Assembly: GCF_000143415.4 (NCBI RefSeq)
Contig: NW_003314286.1
Coordinates: forward strand, 1,110,239-1,174,238
Length of the DNA stretch: 64,000 nt
From: Selaginella moellendorffii
Taxonomy: Eukaryota; Plantae; Lycopodiophyta
Reading direction: 5' to 3'
The translations under genes were made by a program, and so were the position numbers. The notes beneath the pieces were generated by a model. That model was not told the origin of the DNA. It did no database searches and worked only from the letters and a program-made list of their open reading frames with translations. This document shows positions 32,763 to 49,951 of the stretch, piece by piece (position 1 is the first letter of the stretch; each line of letters opens with the position of its first letter).

Positions 32763-35700
32763 TCAAGGCTGCTGCTGTGGTGGAGTAACAGTGAGCTTGA
32801 CTGGTATGCTTGACGAGTCTTCGGTGCCACCGTTGCTTTCCTCGAGTGGAACCTCCACTACAATCCCTTTGTACAGGCAAACTTTCTCCTCTTCGCAATA
32901 GTACACCTATGGGAAGGAACGAGCAAAAGTGAGTTTGGAAGCCCGCATTGCTGCCATAGAAAAGAGCAAACCTTGGAGATTATTCGTAATAAGGACCTCG
33001 TCGGTTTGCTTCTCTCGAAACTTAAGCTCGCCCGACCATCCTGAAGAGTGCCTTTATCTGGCTTTACGTCCACGGAGTCATCAGGCTCCACATCAACTTC
33101 GTACTTGCTGGTTGCTTCCTGTTTGTAACAAACATAATAAGTATTACAATGCTTTAGCTTGGAACACGAACCTTGCTGAAGTGATATCCAGGAGGCAAAT
33201 CTATTTGTAGTTGCAAGTCTCCTCTGAGACCGGGAACAGCCTGGAGGCGAACGACTTCCATATCAGAGGAAGGCCGTCTTCTCAGCCGACGAGGAGACTT
33301 CTCCAATGGTCTTGGAGGCTCGACTCCTTTCAGCTCCAACGTAGTAACTTGTATAGCGTTGTCGTCCGGCCGGGGCTTGAGTAGACGAATCACGTTGTTG
33401 TTTGTATCGGCTACAAATAAGCTTCCTGTTCAAGCAGACTTTGTGAGTACGAAGCGGATGTAACGTGCATTAAGTTCTTACCATTGGGGCCCAAGGCGAG
33501 ACCGGCTGGCTCTGAAAACTGAGAAGGAGAAGGAAATAACTATCAGCGAATTGGAACAGTAGCTGGGGTACCTGAGCTTTTACGCCTTTCCCATCTTCGT
33601 AGCCCGCGACACCAGTCCCTGCAACTGTACGCACTGTTTTGCTGGCTAAATCCATCAGTTTAATCTGCAATATCAAAAGCATGTTAACGTGGTCGTTTTG
33701 GAAATGACTCTGACCTTGTGATTGTAAGTATCCGCCACGTAAACTGCACCGTTTGCGCTCGAGAGTATCCCCAGAGGGTGTTGGAATAGTGCTTGAGACG
33801 CTGGGCCATCCTTATCTCCGAACTAACGTCGACAGCTGAAACCATGCAGCTCTGGCGATGCATAAAACAAAACATACCTGAAACAAGTTCTCTGGAAATG
33901 CGGGATCGCCTCCCGAAAGCCATTGCGAGCCTCCCGTCTTCAAGTTTACGGATCTCACAGAACTACTTTCGCTGTCGGCAATATATAAGTGGTCCATATC
34001 TGCCCCAACCAGCTCAGAAAAGCTGAAGCCACGTTACAACTTGAGACGAGATTGCTGGGCGAGAAAAGCAACCCACCAGGAGATAAGGACAGTCCCGACG
34101 GCTGCGCGTACGACGAGTTTGACCCCCTGACACATAGAAATCATATAGAAATCATACTAATATGTTGAAAACTACTTACTTTGAGCCATTGAGGTTACGC
34201 TCGTATCCATCCCCGCTAAACACTTTCGCAACACCATTGCTCCTATTAAATTCCCATATTTGATGCTCCCCCGCCATTGCTATGTAAAGCATCCCATCAG
34301 GATGCAAGCAAAGGTCCCATGGTGAATTGAGCGGCTAAATGAAAGAGAGAGAAATGGTAACTGAATCCATATGATGTATGAATGTACCTGAGACTGGCCT
34401 GCTTTTCCACCCCTGTAGTCAAAGCCTCTTTCTCCAGTACCAGCCAAAGTTCTTACTGTCTCTTTCACAAAATCAACTTCCCTGTAATTGCATAAGAAAT
34501 GTTACTGAAGTCAGATATCAAACTATATTACCTGAGAGCATGATTTTCGGTATCTGCCACGTACAGGATGTTCTTTTCAGTATCATACGCTACACCCTGT
34601 AGAGCGGTCATAAGAAAGATCCAACAGTCTTAAAACTACTGCACCTGTGGTCGATTAAATGATGCTAAGGAGAATGATCCATCGGTTAAGCCTTCTGCTC
34701 CAGAGCCAACTTGTAGAATATAATTTCCATTCAAATCGGTGACAACCTTCAAAAAAACATTGTCATTCGTGTAGATACAAATAAAGAGCACTTACTATCC
34801 GATTGTGATTGCTATCAGAAATGAAAAGACGACTATTTGCCAGGTCCGTGGCCAGCTTTCCAGGAAAGCTCAATGGAGTAGTCAGAATTCGCGCACTTTT
34901 GCTTTTCTCGAGCTGTAATGGAATAGGTTGAGCGTTCAAAAGTTTCTTCTCTCCATAATATTGCAGTGCAGCATCCACTAGATTGTCCAAGTCCTATGGC
35001 AGACGTAAGAAAATCTTGGAAAGCGAAGACGAAATAATACCTTTCGATGACCTTCTCCAGCAAGCCTCGCTATCACTTTCCCATTGGGACTGACAACCAC
35101 GAAGGTCGGCCAAGAGCTAACTCCGAGTTGGCGCCATAGATTCATATCACCGTCGTTCACTACCTGTGACTTTGTGAGTCAACTCCGCTATCCCGAATAG
35201 AATGGGCTTACCGGATGCGTCACATTGTAGCGAAGCACTGCATTTCGAATCGCCTCTGTGTCTTTCTCATTGTCGAATTTGGCAGAGTGTACACCAACAA
35301 CTGTGAGCTGCAAAGGATTTTCATATAACAAGAAAAAAAAACGTAAGTACTCACCGGTTGATCTTTATACTTTTGTTCAAGGTATGCCAGATCGGGGAGT
35401 ACATGCATACAGTTAATACAACAGTATGTCCAGAAGTCCAGAATAACCACCTTTCCGTGCAGGGCCTGTCAAACTAACAAGCTTAGCCATTTTAAACACA
35501 CATCCAGTCATGCATACCCCTTTAAAACGAAGAGGTGCTGCTGTGTTCAACCACTGAAGACCTGGGGGAAATTCCATGACTTTCTGTCCGCCACTTCTGT
35601 AAGCACCAAAACTGTTTCGAAACGACATCTAGCATAAGTAAACACGTCACTTTCTTTGCTTCAAGATTCGATATGTAGCTCTTGAACGAGTCGATACGGT

Positions 35701-37439
35701 TCCCAGAGTCCAGTTCTAGTGCAACAAAAACAACCATAAGCAGGAGACTACCAAATAAAACTGGCAGCAACCTTTACCAGAGCCAATAGCGAGTGGTATA
35801 TCATCAGCACCCAGAAAAGCATTCAAAAGTGCCATAGGAGAACCATATGTCATGGCCTGTTGGTAGTTTAGTTAGTATAAAGAACGAGAAATGGAGTGTA
35901 TACCTTCCAACGTGTTGCAGCAAAAGCCAAACAGGATGTTCCTAGACTAAAGCTTCCAAGCCTGATAATGTCTCGCCTAGTGATGCTAGTGCTGCAAAAC
36001 AGCATGCAAAGCAACAGTTCTTTTCGTTTTTTGCCAAATCTTAACAAAGAGAGAAATACCCGAAAGGAAGAGATACTTCAGTATCTAAAATAGAGTAGAT
36101 CCAGTCCATGCCCGTTACACCAGGCGCCGCTTCTTTAACATCTGCATCAACAACGCAGATCCTGGACACTTTCTTAAAAGAGCCATTGAATTTATTGAAG
36201 GAAAAACAAGAACAAGAGCTTTGCTCACCAAGAAAAAAAAAATGGAAAGAAAAAATGATCTAAGCCATCGTACCTTTGTCTTGTAAGTTCAGTATATCAG
36301 AAAGTGTGATATTGGCAATATTCATTCTGGTAAGTGTTGGATTCGCCTTGGCCAAACTTTCTTCGGAGAGCGTTGTAGATACTGCAATGCACCTCATTCC
36401 GGCTGCTCGAGCAGCTTGCACGCCAGCAAGTGCGTCTTCTACAACAACACACTGGACGACACAGAGTTAAAAAAGTACCCGGAATTTAATCATGCCTTAC
36501 CTCTGATGGAGGAAGGCCAAGTGCTTTCGCTGCGGCCAGAAAAATGTCTGGCGCAGGCTTTAGCCTCTCGAAAACGTCCGCTGAGACAATGGCATCAAAA
36601 CTGCCAGGAAAAACACGTTGCTAAAACACCAGCACATTAAAAAAAAAACAGTAAATACTTGGTTTGTGGTAAGCCTGCTGCCGAAAGATTTGCGTCAACT
36701 TTGATTCGATCCGCGCTAGATGCAACGGCGACTTTGAGACCAGCACGTTTGCACTGAGTGTTGAGGTGATTAGAAGACAAACTTTTAATATCCATGAGCT
36801 TACTTCCATGATGAGCTCTAGTGCTCCGGGATATCCCAAGCCAGAGTCCGGCTTTGCGTACTGTCGTAAAAATAATTCACTCGTTACTTTCGCTTTCCTG
36901 TAGAGCACGATTTTCACCTTTTGGATGTAGACTTCAAAGAACTTTTCTTTGGCTTGAATGGGATCAAAACCTGGAACCTGGTACAATCCAGCAACACCTC
37001 CCAAAAAGTTTGCTTCGCCTGGAAAGGATGGAAACCAAGAAAGATTTCTTTCGATCAAAAGCAAGCCGGGGGAAGACTTACCAGTTCCCATGAATGGAAT
37101 GAAATCCTCCGGCCTGACAGTCACGCCCATTCCAGCGAAAACATCCACAGCTGCGTCACGCGATCTCTCCTCGCTATCGCACAGCACTCCATCCATATCG
37201 AACAGCACACCACGAACTGGCGGCGCTTCTTCAGCGCCTTGCCGAGATTTCTCCACCGCCCTAGCGCAAGAACACGATCGATTACCTCCATTGCTTCCAC
37301 GCCATCGCCTCGATGCATCGCGCCGCCCGCGGATTGCCGGTGCGAACGCCAATGCTGGGAGAAAATCACCCGCGCGGCAGTGGAGCCGCGGCCATGGCGC
37401 GAGATAGGGTGTGAGCGCCACGGAAGGCGCCATCGCCAT
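32763..37439 (-). CDS. SOQ1: SUPPRESSOR OF QUENCHING 1 (HAD + thioredoxin-like + NHL repeats)
   Basis: [14 protein letters not shown] motif, [22 protein letters not shown] repeats ([32 protein letters not shown]), and C-terminal VYYC...CLY. Confidence 0.93.
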
Positions 37440-37561
37440 TGCGCATGTATGGAGCTCCAAACGCACGGAAAATATAAATCTCGGATATTCCCAAGCCAGT
37501 GAAGAATATTCTCATTTTTGAACGTGGAGAAACGCGATCCACAAAGGAAAGAGATATCCAT

Positions 37562-39117
37562 TCACGAAGCCATGAGGCGTTCCTTTAGTAAAACTACGAG
37601 CTTATCGGCGTCCACAGTCACTGCTACTTTCACCGGCGGCTTGTTACACCACGCTGTAGGTACTGCCCATCTACAAATCACGAAAGAAATTTTCTATAGT
37701 TCCATCCAGGAACACGAACGAAAAAAAAATGGCGAGAACTTACTTCTTCCTTGTGTTGTTAAACAAGGTAAGCCCACGGCAAATTCCCTCCTGCTGGACT
37801 CTTACGACACCTTCTGCGTAAGTAAAGAGCGATGGATCGATTGCCGCGATTACTGTTGCGGGATCGTGAAGATAAATCGCTGCCAATAGAGAGAAAACTC
37901 ATCAAAAGCTCGGCACAGAGAAAGAAAGCTTCTCTTCTTTTTTTCTCACCGTCAATGTTGTAGTAATCCCTGTGATAGTTAAGGTAGCACATAATTACAT
38001 CGCATAGATATCGACCATACTTGCTGTCGCTTCTCCTGAGCTCCTCTATTTGTGGGCCTAGAACTTGCGAAGTTAGAGCAAAGACAAAAACGAGAATAAA
38101 AGACCAAGGTACCTGTCATTGTGACTTGATGCGTTATGTTGATGCCGATTATTTTCGTGTTGGCTCCGCATGTAAGGACTATATCCGCGGCCAATGGATC
38201 TCCTAAAACCTTCATCCAAAATCACTTTTTTAACAAGAACCGGAAACCGGGGACAGCAAAACTTACATTTGCCTCTGCAGCGGGGTTAACGTTCCCGTTC
38301 ACTGCAAAAGCACCACCAAGGATCACGATCTCGCCTACAAGTTTAGCAAATGATGGATCCATCTCGACAGCCTATGTTTTGGACACAAGTAGTGTCAAAA
38401 GCACAAACGAAAATCCAAAACTTCGTACCTTGCCGAGATTTGTCAGAGGGCCAAGAGCTATGATTGTCACTTCCCCAGGAAACTCTTTCACTTTAGAAAT
38501 GAAAAACTCGGGAGCAGTCATATCAATTGGTTTCCCCTTTGGAGCCGGGGGATTTGTGTTCCCCAATCCATCTTTTCCATGAATAAAATCAACAGCGTGC
38601 TCTTTCGTATCACCCTGTCAAATTAAAGGAAAAAAAAACCAGATGGAGCCCGAAACTTAAAAACACACACACAAAAGAAAAAACGAACCTTGAGAGATTT
38701 GTGTAGCCCTTGAGCAACAGGAATGTCCTCCCTACCTGCAAGTTCGCACTAGAACAAGAACCTCAGCTCCCGAAACCTTTGCGAGGCAGAAAAGGAAAAC
38801 GAAAAGGAAGAATTTTTTTACCAGATGCAAAGCGTTTTGAGTTGCCATTGACGTTGATACATTCCCAAACGTCGTCGTGAGGCCAATGACATCGAGCTCT
38901 GGCGACTGAAAGGCCAGCAAAATTGCCATTGCATCGTCTGCAAGAAGCAAAGGAAGAATCGATTAGAAAGGATCAAGAAGAAAAGAGGGAGAATCGACCC
39001 CCAAGCAATGCAAATCCAAAGAGAAAAGCCCCGGCAGCAAGAACTACGCCTACCTATGCCCGGATCTGTGTCGATGATCACCTTCTTTTGGATCACGTGG
39101 GCGCTGGCGGGCGCCAT
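37562..39117 (-). CDS. Inosine-uridine preferring nucleoside hydrolase (URH/NSH)
   Basis: IIDTDPGIDDAMAI, GLTTTFGNV, HGKDGLGN, ALGPLTNL, GNVNPAAEAN, LHDP. Confidence 0.92.
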
Positions 39118-39438
39118 CGAGCGATCTGCTTGGCTCCCACAAGCAAACAACGTCACGTGAAATTTAATCTCCCCTAGGTTAACAAAAAATATAAAGGAAA
39201 GGATATGCTCCATAAAAAAAAAAGGAGGATCGCATATTCGCATTTTGAGATATATCAGCAAAAAAGTCGTGTAGTGGTCCGGTCATTATATTTATGAATG
39301 AGAATTTCATTTCTCATATAATCGTCAAGCCTGGAAAGAAAGAAGATTAAAACAAAGATGCCAAAATCGACAGCTTACCAATCGAGTATACAGTTTAAGC
39401 GGCGAAGATCTCGTCCCAGGAGCTCATATAAATAATCT

Positions 39439-42570
<3,132 letters not shown>

Positions 42571-43112
42571 CGCCCGAAATATTTCCTCACACGGAGAGAA
42601 ATGCCGCCAGCAGCGCCACATTTCCCACCGCATCCGCGCGCCTCGCCTGGAGCGCGAAGAAATTCGCCGATTCAATGCCGCGCAGCTTATGAATCGCCAG
42701 TGCGCTGGAATCTCCGCCACATTCCCCCTGCTCCATCGTTATCTTCATCGTCACGGATTGCTACAGCACCAGTGGCGTCGCGGCATCTAGCACGGGACGA
42801 TCAAAAACCCTATCTTGCTCTCGCATTTCTCTTTGTTCCCTTTCTTTTCCTTTTCTCCCTTACGTCACTCAAGATACGAATATCCTGTTAGGGCTCCTTT
42901 GTGTCCGAATCTCTTGTAACTGACGCATAAAACGTGACAAAAGGACGGTGTAGATTGATTTGACCCCGGCGGTCACAAGCTATCGCTGGTTGCTAATGTG
43001 AGACGAAACGCCCAAGAACAACATCATTGACGCGACGTAGACTTGCATACTACGATAGAAATCTCCTGGAATCGATTAGACAAAAAAAAAATTAAGCCCA
43101 GGAGTTTAGAGA

Positions 43113-44267
43113 TCACTTCGCTGCTTGCAAAAGCTTCTGAACAAGTATGTGTTGCTGCGCTGCGCTCAAGCACTCGGAGTTGATGATCGCATTGGAGACG
43201 AGCACGGTGGTGGCTGGAGCATCGGATTTCACCTACAAAATCTCACACTCGCTCACGAATCCAAGACAGACAAGTTCCCGACGTACCCAAACGCGACCAT
43301 TTACACCAACGGCGATCTCAAAAGCCAGGCTTTTGCCAAGAGCTTCGAGCACCGGATAAGTCGGCGTACCCAAGAGCCTGAAAGAGAGAGAATCAGGATC
43401 GCCTGAAAACTATCGAGGAAAAACTTACGATCTTGCGAGTCCGGTCGAGCACTCAAACAGGTATCCTTCTTTCAGTGGGCCGTAACCAGAGCCTTTTCCA
43501 GAAGCTACAAAAGATCAAGTATGTTTACTAAAAGACCAATGCTGGAAGAAGCATACCATCCAAACACGAGAGCGCGGGACTGATATCGCGATGGGCTTTC
43601 ACCACTCTTCCATAGACCACAGCCCCTTCCTGTGAGTATAGAGTTCTCGTCACCACACCACAAATCCAAAAAACTTGCCTTGAGGTTTGGAATGTTCTTC
43701 CGCGTAGCACCCTCGAAAGAGAGTATAGGAAGAAGCCCAAGAACTGGAGCATTCAAATCCACCAAAAACTCCTGTGTGTGACGAATGAAAATCACTTGAG
43801 CAATCACTTGAGCAATCATCAAACCTCGGCGCGACGATCGATAACAATTCCAATCACAGAATCCTCGGCACTGGGAATGTACTATACAAACCAAGAGAAA
43901 GAAAAAGATAAACATCAAGCTTTGCTCAAACAAAAAATGCAAAAAGAGAGAAATTTACTCGCTTCTGTGATCCCTCCACCCAAAGTTTGGATTTTGCGTG
44001 ATTCAATCTCCCGGCCTTGATAGCTACAACGCGATCAGCATCCTAGACAAGAAATGCTCGCTCTTTCAAACAAGAACAAAGAGAGATAAAAGAAAGAAAA
44101 ACCTGAGAAAGGCCGCTTCCCAATCGCAGCACCTTGTTTTGCGCCTGAGCTGCGAGATCAAACACCACATCGCCTGGCAGCTAACAAGATCAATCGCGCA
44201 AAATTTCCAGCAAAGGCGCCACAAAATCACTCACAACGATCCGAGACGCGCCCTCCTCTCCCCCCAT
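43113..44267 (-). CDS. RRP40: Exosome complex component RRP40 (EXOSC3)
   Basis: Spliced reading gives LPGDVV, LSFEGATRKN.P.L and FEIAVGVNGRVW KH-like segment. Confidence 0.88.
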
Positions 44268-44328
44268 TTACAAATTTCTAGGTTAAACCTCTTTTAGGTT
44301 TGAGATGGTCTAGGGCGCGGCGGCCGCT

Positions 44329-45561
<1,233 letters not shown>

Positions 45562-46072
45562 GAATGTAAAACATATATATTGCTCACTCACATATTTAAG
45601 TTAAAATTTTACAGTTTTATTGTCATTCCAAAATTAATCTTAGACTAATGATAGTATAAATTTTGGTAGTAGCTTAATAATTATTGTTCTACTGTTTAAG
45701 GTTTTCAATCTGACATTTTTTTGTTCTATTAATTTATTAATTTATTTTTGCTTTGCTTAAGCAAACCTGAGTGGATATACCTAAAATATATTTAAATATT
45801 TTAGGATATTTTACCATTTAACGGTCGTTATTCATTTAAATTAATTTTGTATTTATAATTTTTAAACTTGCTTAAACACAATGAGATTAATATTGTATAT
45901 CTAAATTTATTTATAATTATAAACTTTTATTTGATCAATAGGAATACACAATTGCTACATGCAATGCATAGCAAATTATTTGTATGTTGATCATTTTTAA
46001 CATATAAAGGTGAATGATATCCAATGCTGACAATATTCATGCTTTTATTTGTATTAGTTTACATATTCTCTT

Positions 46073-47972
46073 TTAAGAATTGTGTGTAAGGGCCATTCCT
46101 GTTGCCTCTTCAGGTATTAAACCCAAGAGTAAAACGGGAAGAAGTGTGCATGCAGCCTGAATAACAATCCCAAGGGACAAATTGCCAAATTCTTGCAACG
46201 AGATTTGCAATGCAGACGCCAAAGCTGCACCTGCAAAAGAACTTATGGTACCTCCCAAGTTACTGATTGACATGAACAGTGCAAACAAAGTTCCCTCGAT
46301 TCCGGGAGGACATATCTGACCGGAGAACACCAGAAACGGCATAAACCTGTTGTGTTTAGTCCAAAGTGAGTTCTGGAAGCAGTAGAAAAGGAAGTAAGAG
46401 CTCACTTGAACTGATTGACAGCATCTCCAACAGCGGATGCACCCAGAACGAAAACTTTGTCGGGAATTCCCATGCGTGTGTTGAGGCGAGATACAAAAAC
46501 CACATCGCTCAACGTAAGAATGGCAAGACCAATATGAACCAGCCTGAAGAAAAAACTATAAGCGAAAGAAGATTATCACGTAGCATTACCTGAAAATTTT
46601 CCTGAGTGATACTCTCTTTAAGTAATGGTTGTAAAGAAAAGTGCCTAGCATGAGTCCTCCCCAGCCAACTACACGGCTGGTTCCCAAAAAAGACGCGTCC
46701 AGCTTCACAGAATTGGTCTGGAAGTAGAACATAATCGTTGACAAATTTGGAACCGCTGACTGCGATATCAAAAACCACAGCATTGGCCTGTAAAAGGTTG
46801 ATCAACGGAAAGTGTATGATAGAAGTGGAAGACTTACCGGAAAACCGAAGGCTGCTTCACTGCTTGATACAAAGAGCGACAAGCGCCTCCTATTGTAGGA
46901 CTTGTCTCCTTCTGCTCCTCGCGCATTTCCTCCTCAGTTTCAACTTCTTTCCTGTCTAAGCTCCCTCTTCTTCTGCGAAGACTTTTGGATTCTGGATCAT
47001 CTAATGCTTCGTTCACATCGTTTGGCGAACTGCTTTTTGTGTCCTGGATCCCCTGTCCTTCTCCACTTTCTGTTTTTCCATCGATGGCCTCGAGCTTTTC
47101 CTCGGGGCTCTCGACTATTGCTATCTCTCCAACACTATTTCCCAGCTTCCTGTCGTCCAGAAACGCGCAGGAGAGAAGCTGGACGAGCGGGAACGTCGCA
47201 AACATCATGAAGATCCCACTTACTTGAAGTCTGTCCAACGCCACCCCGCCGGCAATACTCCCCAAAATCCCACCGAAAGCCATCGCTAGCCACGACATGG
47301 ACTGGAGCTCTCCTGCGAACTCAGCCCTGAGCAACACACAAGTTCCACAGTAAGCCAAAGAGAAAGAACAAGAAAGATAAAAAAAATTAGTTTTTTTACT
47401 ATGAACGAGAGAAGACCTTTCTTTCCTGGCCATCTCCGCAACCATGGCATCCACCACCACGTCCGCCATAGCTGCTCCAAAATTCTGGATCGTCAGGAGA
47501 ACGGTCAAGTAAATGTAAGAGGACCTGGACCACTCCACGGCGCCGAGGACAAGCCATGGAACGAAGCACAGGACGCTGGAGATGACCAGGTATGGAATGC
47601 GTCGTCGACCAAAGATGGGAACGCAATCGGAAAAAATCCTGGCACAAAGCAGAGCAGAGCAAAGCGAGAGATTAGCATTTCTTTATTGACTATTTCTCAT
47701 TTTCTTACCCATACAGAGGCTTGATGCTCCACGGAAGAAACGAGGTGGACATGACAAACTGCGACGCAGAAGGGCTGAGCTTGAGCTGATCCTTCATCTG
47801 ATAAGAGACTCCCATCCATGCCAGCGATCTAAAGCCCTGTGGCAGAAATCTCTAAGAAAAACGAAGTTCCTAAGCTCGCAACAGCGATCCAAACCTGCGT
47901 CCAGTAGATCGAAGTCACCAGGAGCAAGAAGGGCGCCCCAAATGTCCTCCCCAGCCTCCCGATCCACTTCAT
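46073..47972 (-). CDS. Folate-biopterin transporter (BT1/FBT family)
   Basis: PWSIKPLYG, DVVVDAMVAE, GELQS..W...A.GG, CPPGIEGTLFALFMSISNLG. Confidence 0.9.
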
Positions 47973-49410
47973 CTTCTTCTTCTTCGTCCCTCCGCCCTAA
48001 CGAATTAGGTCAAATGAGGAGGCCCTAAAACAGAGAGCGCGTAATCCCTGGAAACGCGGTGATGTGGCGAAATTAATGACCTCCGGAAGCGAATTCGCTT
48101 TCAAAAAGGATGAGCCGCGGCAAAGGTTCAAAGAAAAGCTTGTGTGTGTCTTTTGCGCCTAGCTAACGAGCATTCCATCCAAATTAGTAGTTTCTCCTTT
48201 CTTTGTCAAGTCGTCGGTCATGGCATCCTCCCTTCACAATCAATTGAAATCCAGAGAGGATTAGGGCGGGGTGCGCCCGCCGGTTTGACGTCGCCGCACA
48301 CGCACGCACGGAATAGATTTGTCAACGTTTACGCGTTTGTGGCAAATAAAAAGAATTCATTGCTGGCTGAGGTCCTCGGGTAGGATGGGAATCAATCGAA
48401 GCAACAAACAAATCAGTCGTCCAGCCCGCGACGCATTACCCACCTCCGCCATCACCACCGCATTGAATTCAAGATTCATGCATGCACATCTCGATCCATC
48501 ATCTCGCAGTGCAGCACCTGACGAAGATAAAAAGAAAGAAATACGTGCAGCAAGGAGCTGAGTTGATGGAGTTGATGGAGTTGATGGGTGGGAGGGATTT
48601 TGATTTTTGAGAGATGGCCAACCGGACCGCCAGCCCATTTCGGGTTGGCGTCTGTGGTTGACCTTGCACTGCCCGCTGCTGCTACATTGCATGGCTTGTT
48701 GTACCCGCCAGAAAAGAAACGGTGTCGTGTCACACGCGTATGTGATAAACCTGCATGTCAACCCCCGGAGTAAAACAAATCAATTAAAATACTGGCGAAA
48801 AGGTGGCAAACATTTTCTTCATCATCATCATCGCGCTTTCCGCTTCTTTGCGAGACAAAAGCGCCCCGACCCAGGATTCCCGAGAGCGCAAACAGTGTCT
48901 TAAAGCTATTCAACACCAAAGCCCACTAGTTTACTAGACAAAAGCGCGGGATCTTTCCAGGCTTGTCTGCTAAAATATTTGCTCGCCGGTGGTTCCTCCC
49001 AAACCCTAAATCTCCTGCAGTGGCTTTTCGGGGCTCATCACCAGACCAGCTCGCCACCCATGCGGAAAGATTTACACAGCATGTTGACTATGCCTTGCGT
49101 TTGTCAGGGCAGGGTAACCTAAAAGGCTGGCAGCCAGCTCGATGGGAAATGCCCATCATTGTCTTGTAGCTACCACCACCGCCAGGGCGTGAGAATCATA
49201 CGGTGCTCTGCTCGTACTCTACGGGTACATTCGTATATGAAGTCGCATTAAAGTCGTAAGTACAAAATGCCTGGTTGTGGTATATCAAGCGCCGCGCCGC
49301 AAAGCGGATAATTTCTCTTTCTCTCCTTTCTTTTGCGGAGATCTCTACTTTTTTGTCCGTGATCATCTCTGCCAGACGCGCTTAGAGCCCTACTATACCC
49401 CTCCCGCCAA

Positions 49411-49520
49411 GCCGACACGTGGAAACGAGAAACTTTCAAAGTTTTAAAAGGGTGGCATATCCCCCGGGTAATCTCCCGCCCGCCGCGACTGTACGGAGTG
49501 GCCAGGGTGGCCCACGTGGC
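49411..49520 (+). promoter_or_regulatory. Overlapping DRE/CRT + ABRE and a second G-box upstream of the IQM-like gene
   Basis: GCCGACACGTGG at 49411-49422 and CCACGTGGC at 49512-49520. Motif match only. Confidence 0.35.
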
Positions 49521-49951
49521 GGCTGACCAGGGCACGGAAATTTGGGGAAGCTTGGTGTTGCTAGGTCGCGTAGCTGGGGCGAAGAAGGGGGCGAATGGCT
49601 ATGGTGTATGTACCATCGCAGGGGGTCCATCTCCACCGTCGCCTGGTGTGGCCGCGCGACATCGCTGTGTGGGCGCTGACCGTATGCCCCCTTTGGTCGC
49701 GGCCTTTAAATGCTGCCTGGCAGCGCATTCTTTCCCCGCATTCTTTCTTCGCGATTTTGCCTCTCTGCTGCGTGCACCCTCGTTCTCGATCGGGCGCTCT
49801 CACTCTCCCCTTCGATTGAGTCGCGAGTTGGGTCGTTTCAAACTACACAAATCCGCAGTCATTGTGGATTCCGCGTCTCTGCTGCTTGCTTCTGGTAACT
49901 CCGAAGATCTTATTCTCTCCACTTTCTATCAATTGTCTCACTCGCGCGCTC

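Noticed and set aside
48000-49950. Conserved miRNA precursor or protein-coding gene
   Set aside because: No conserved mature miRNA or recognisable protein motif seen by eye.
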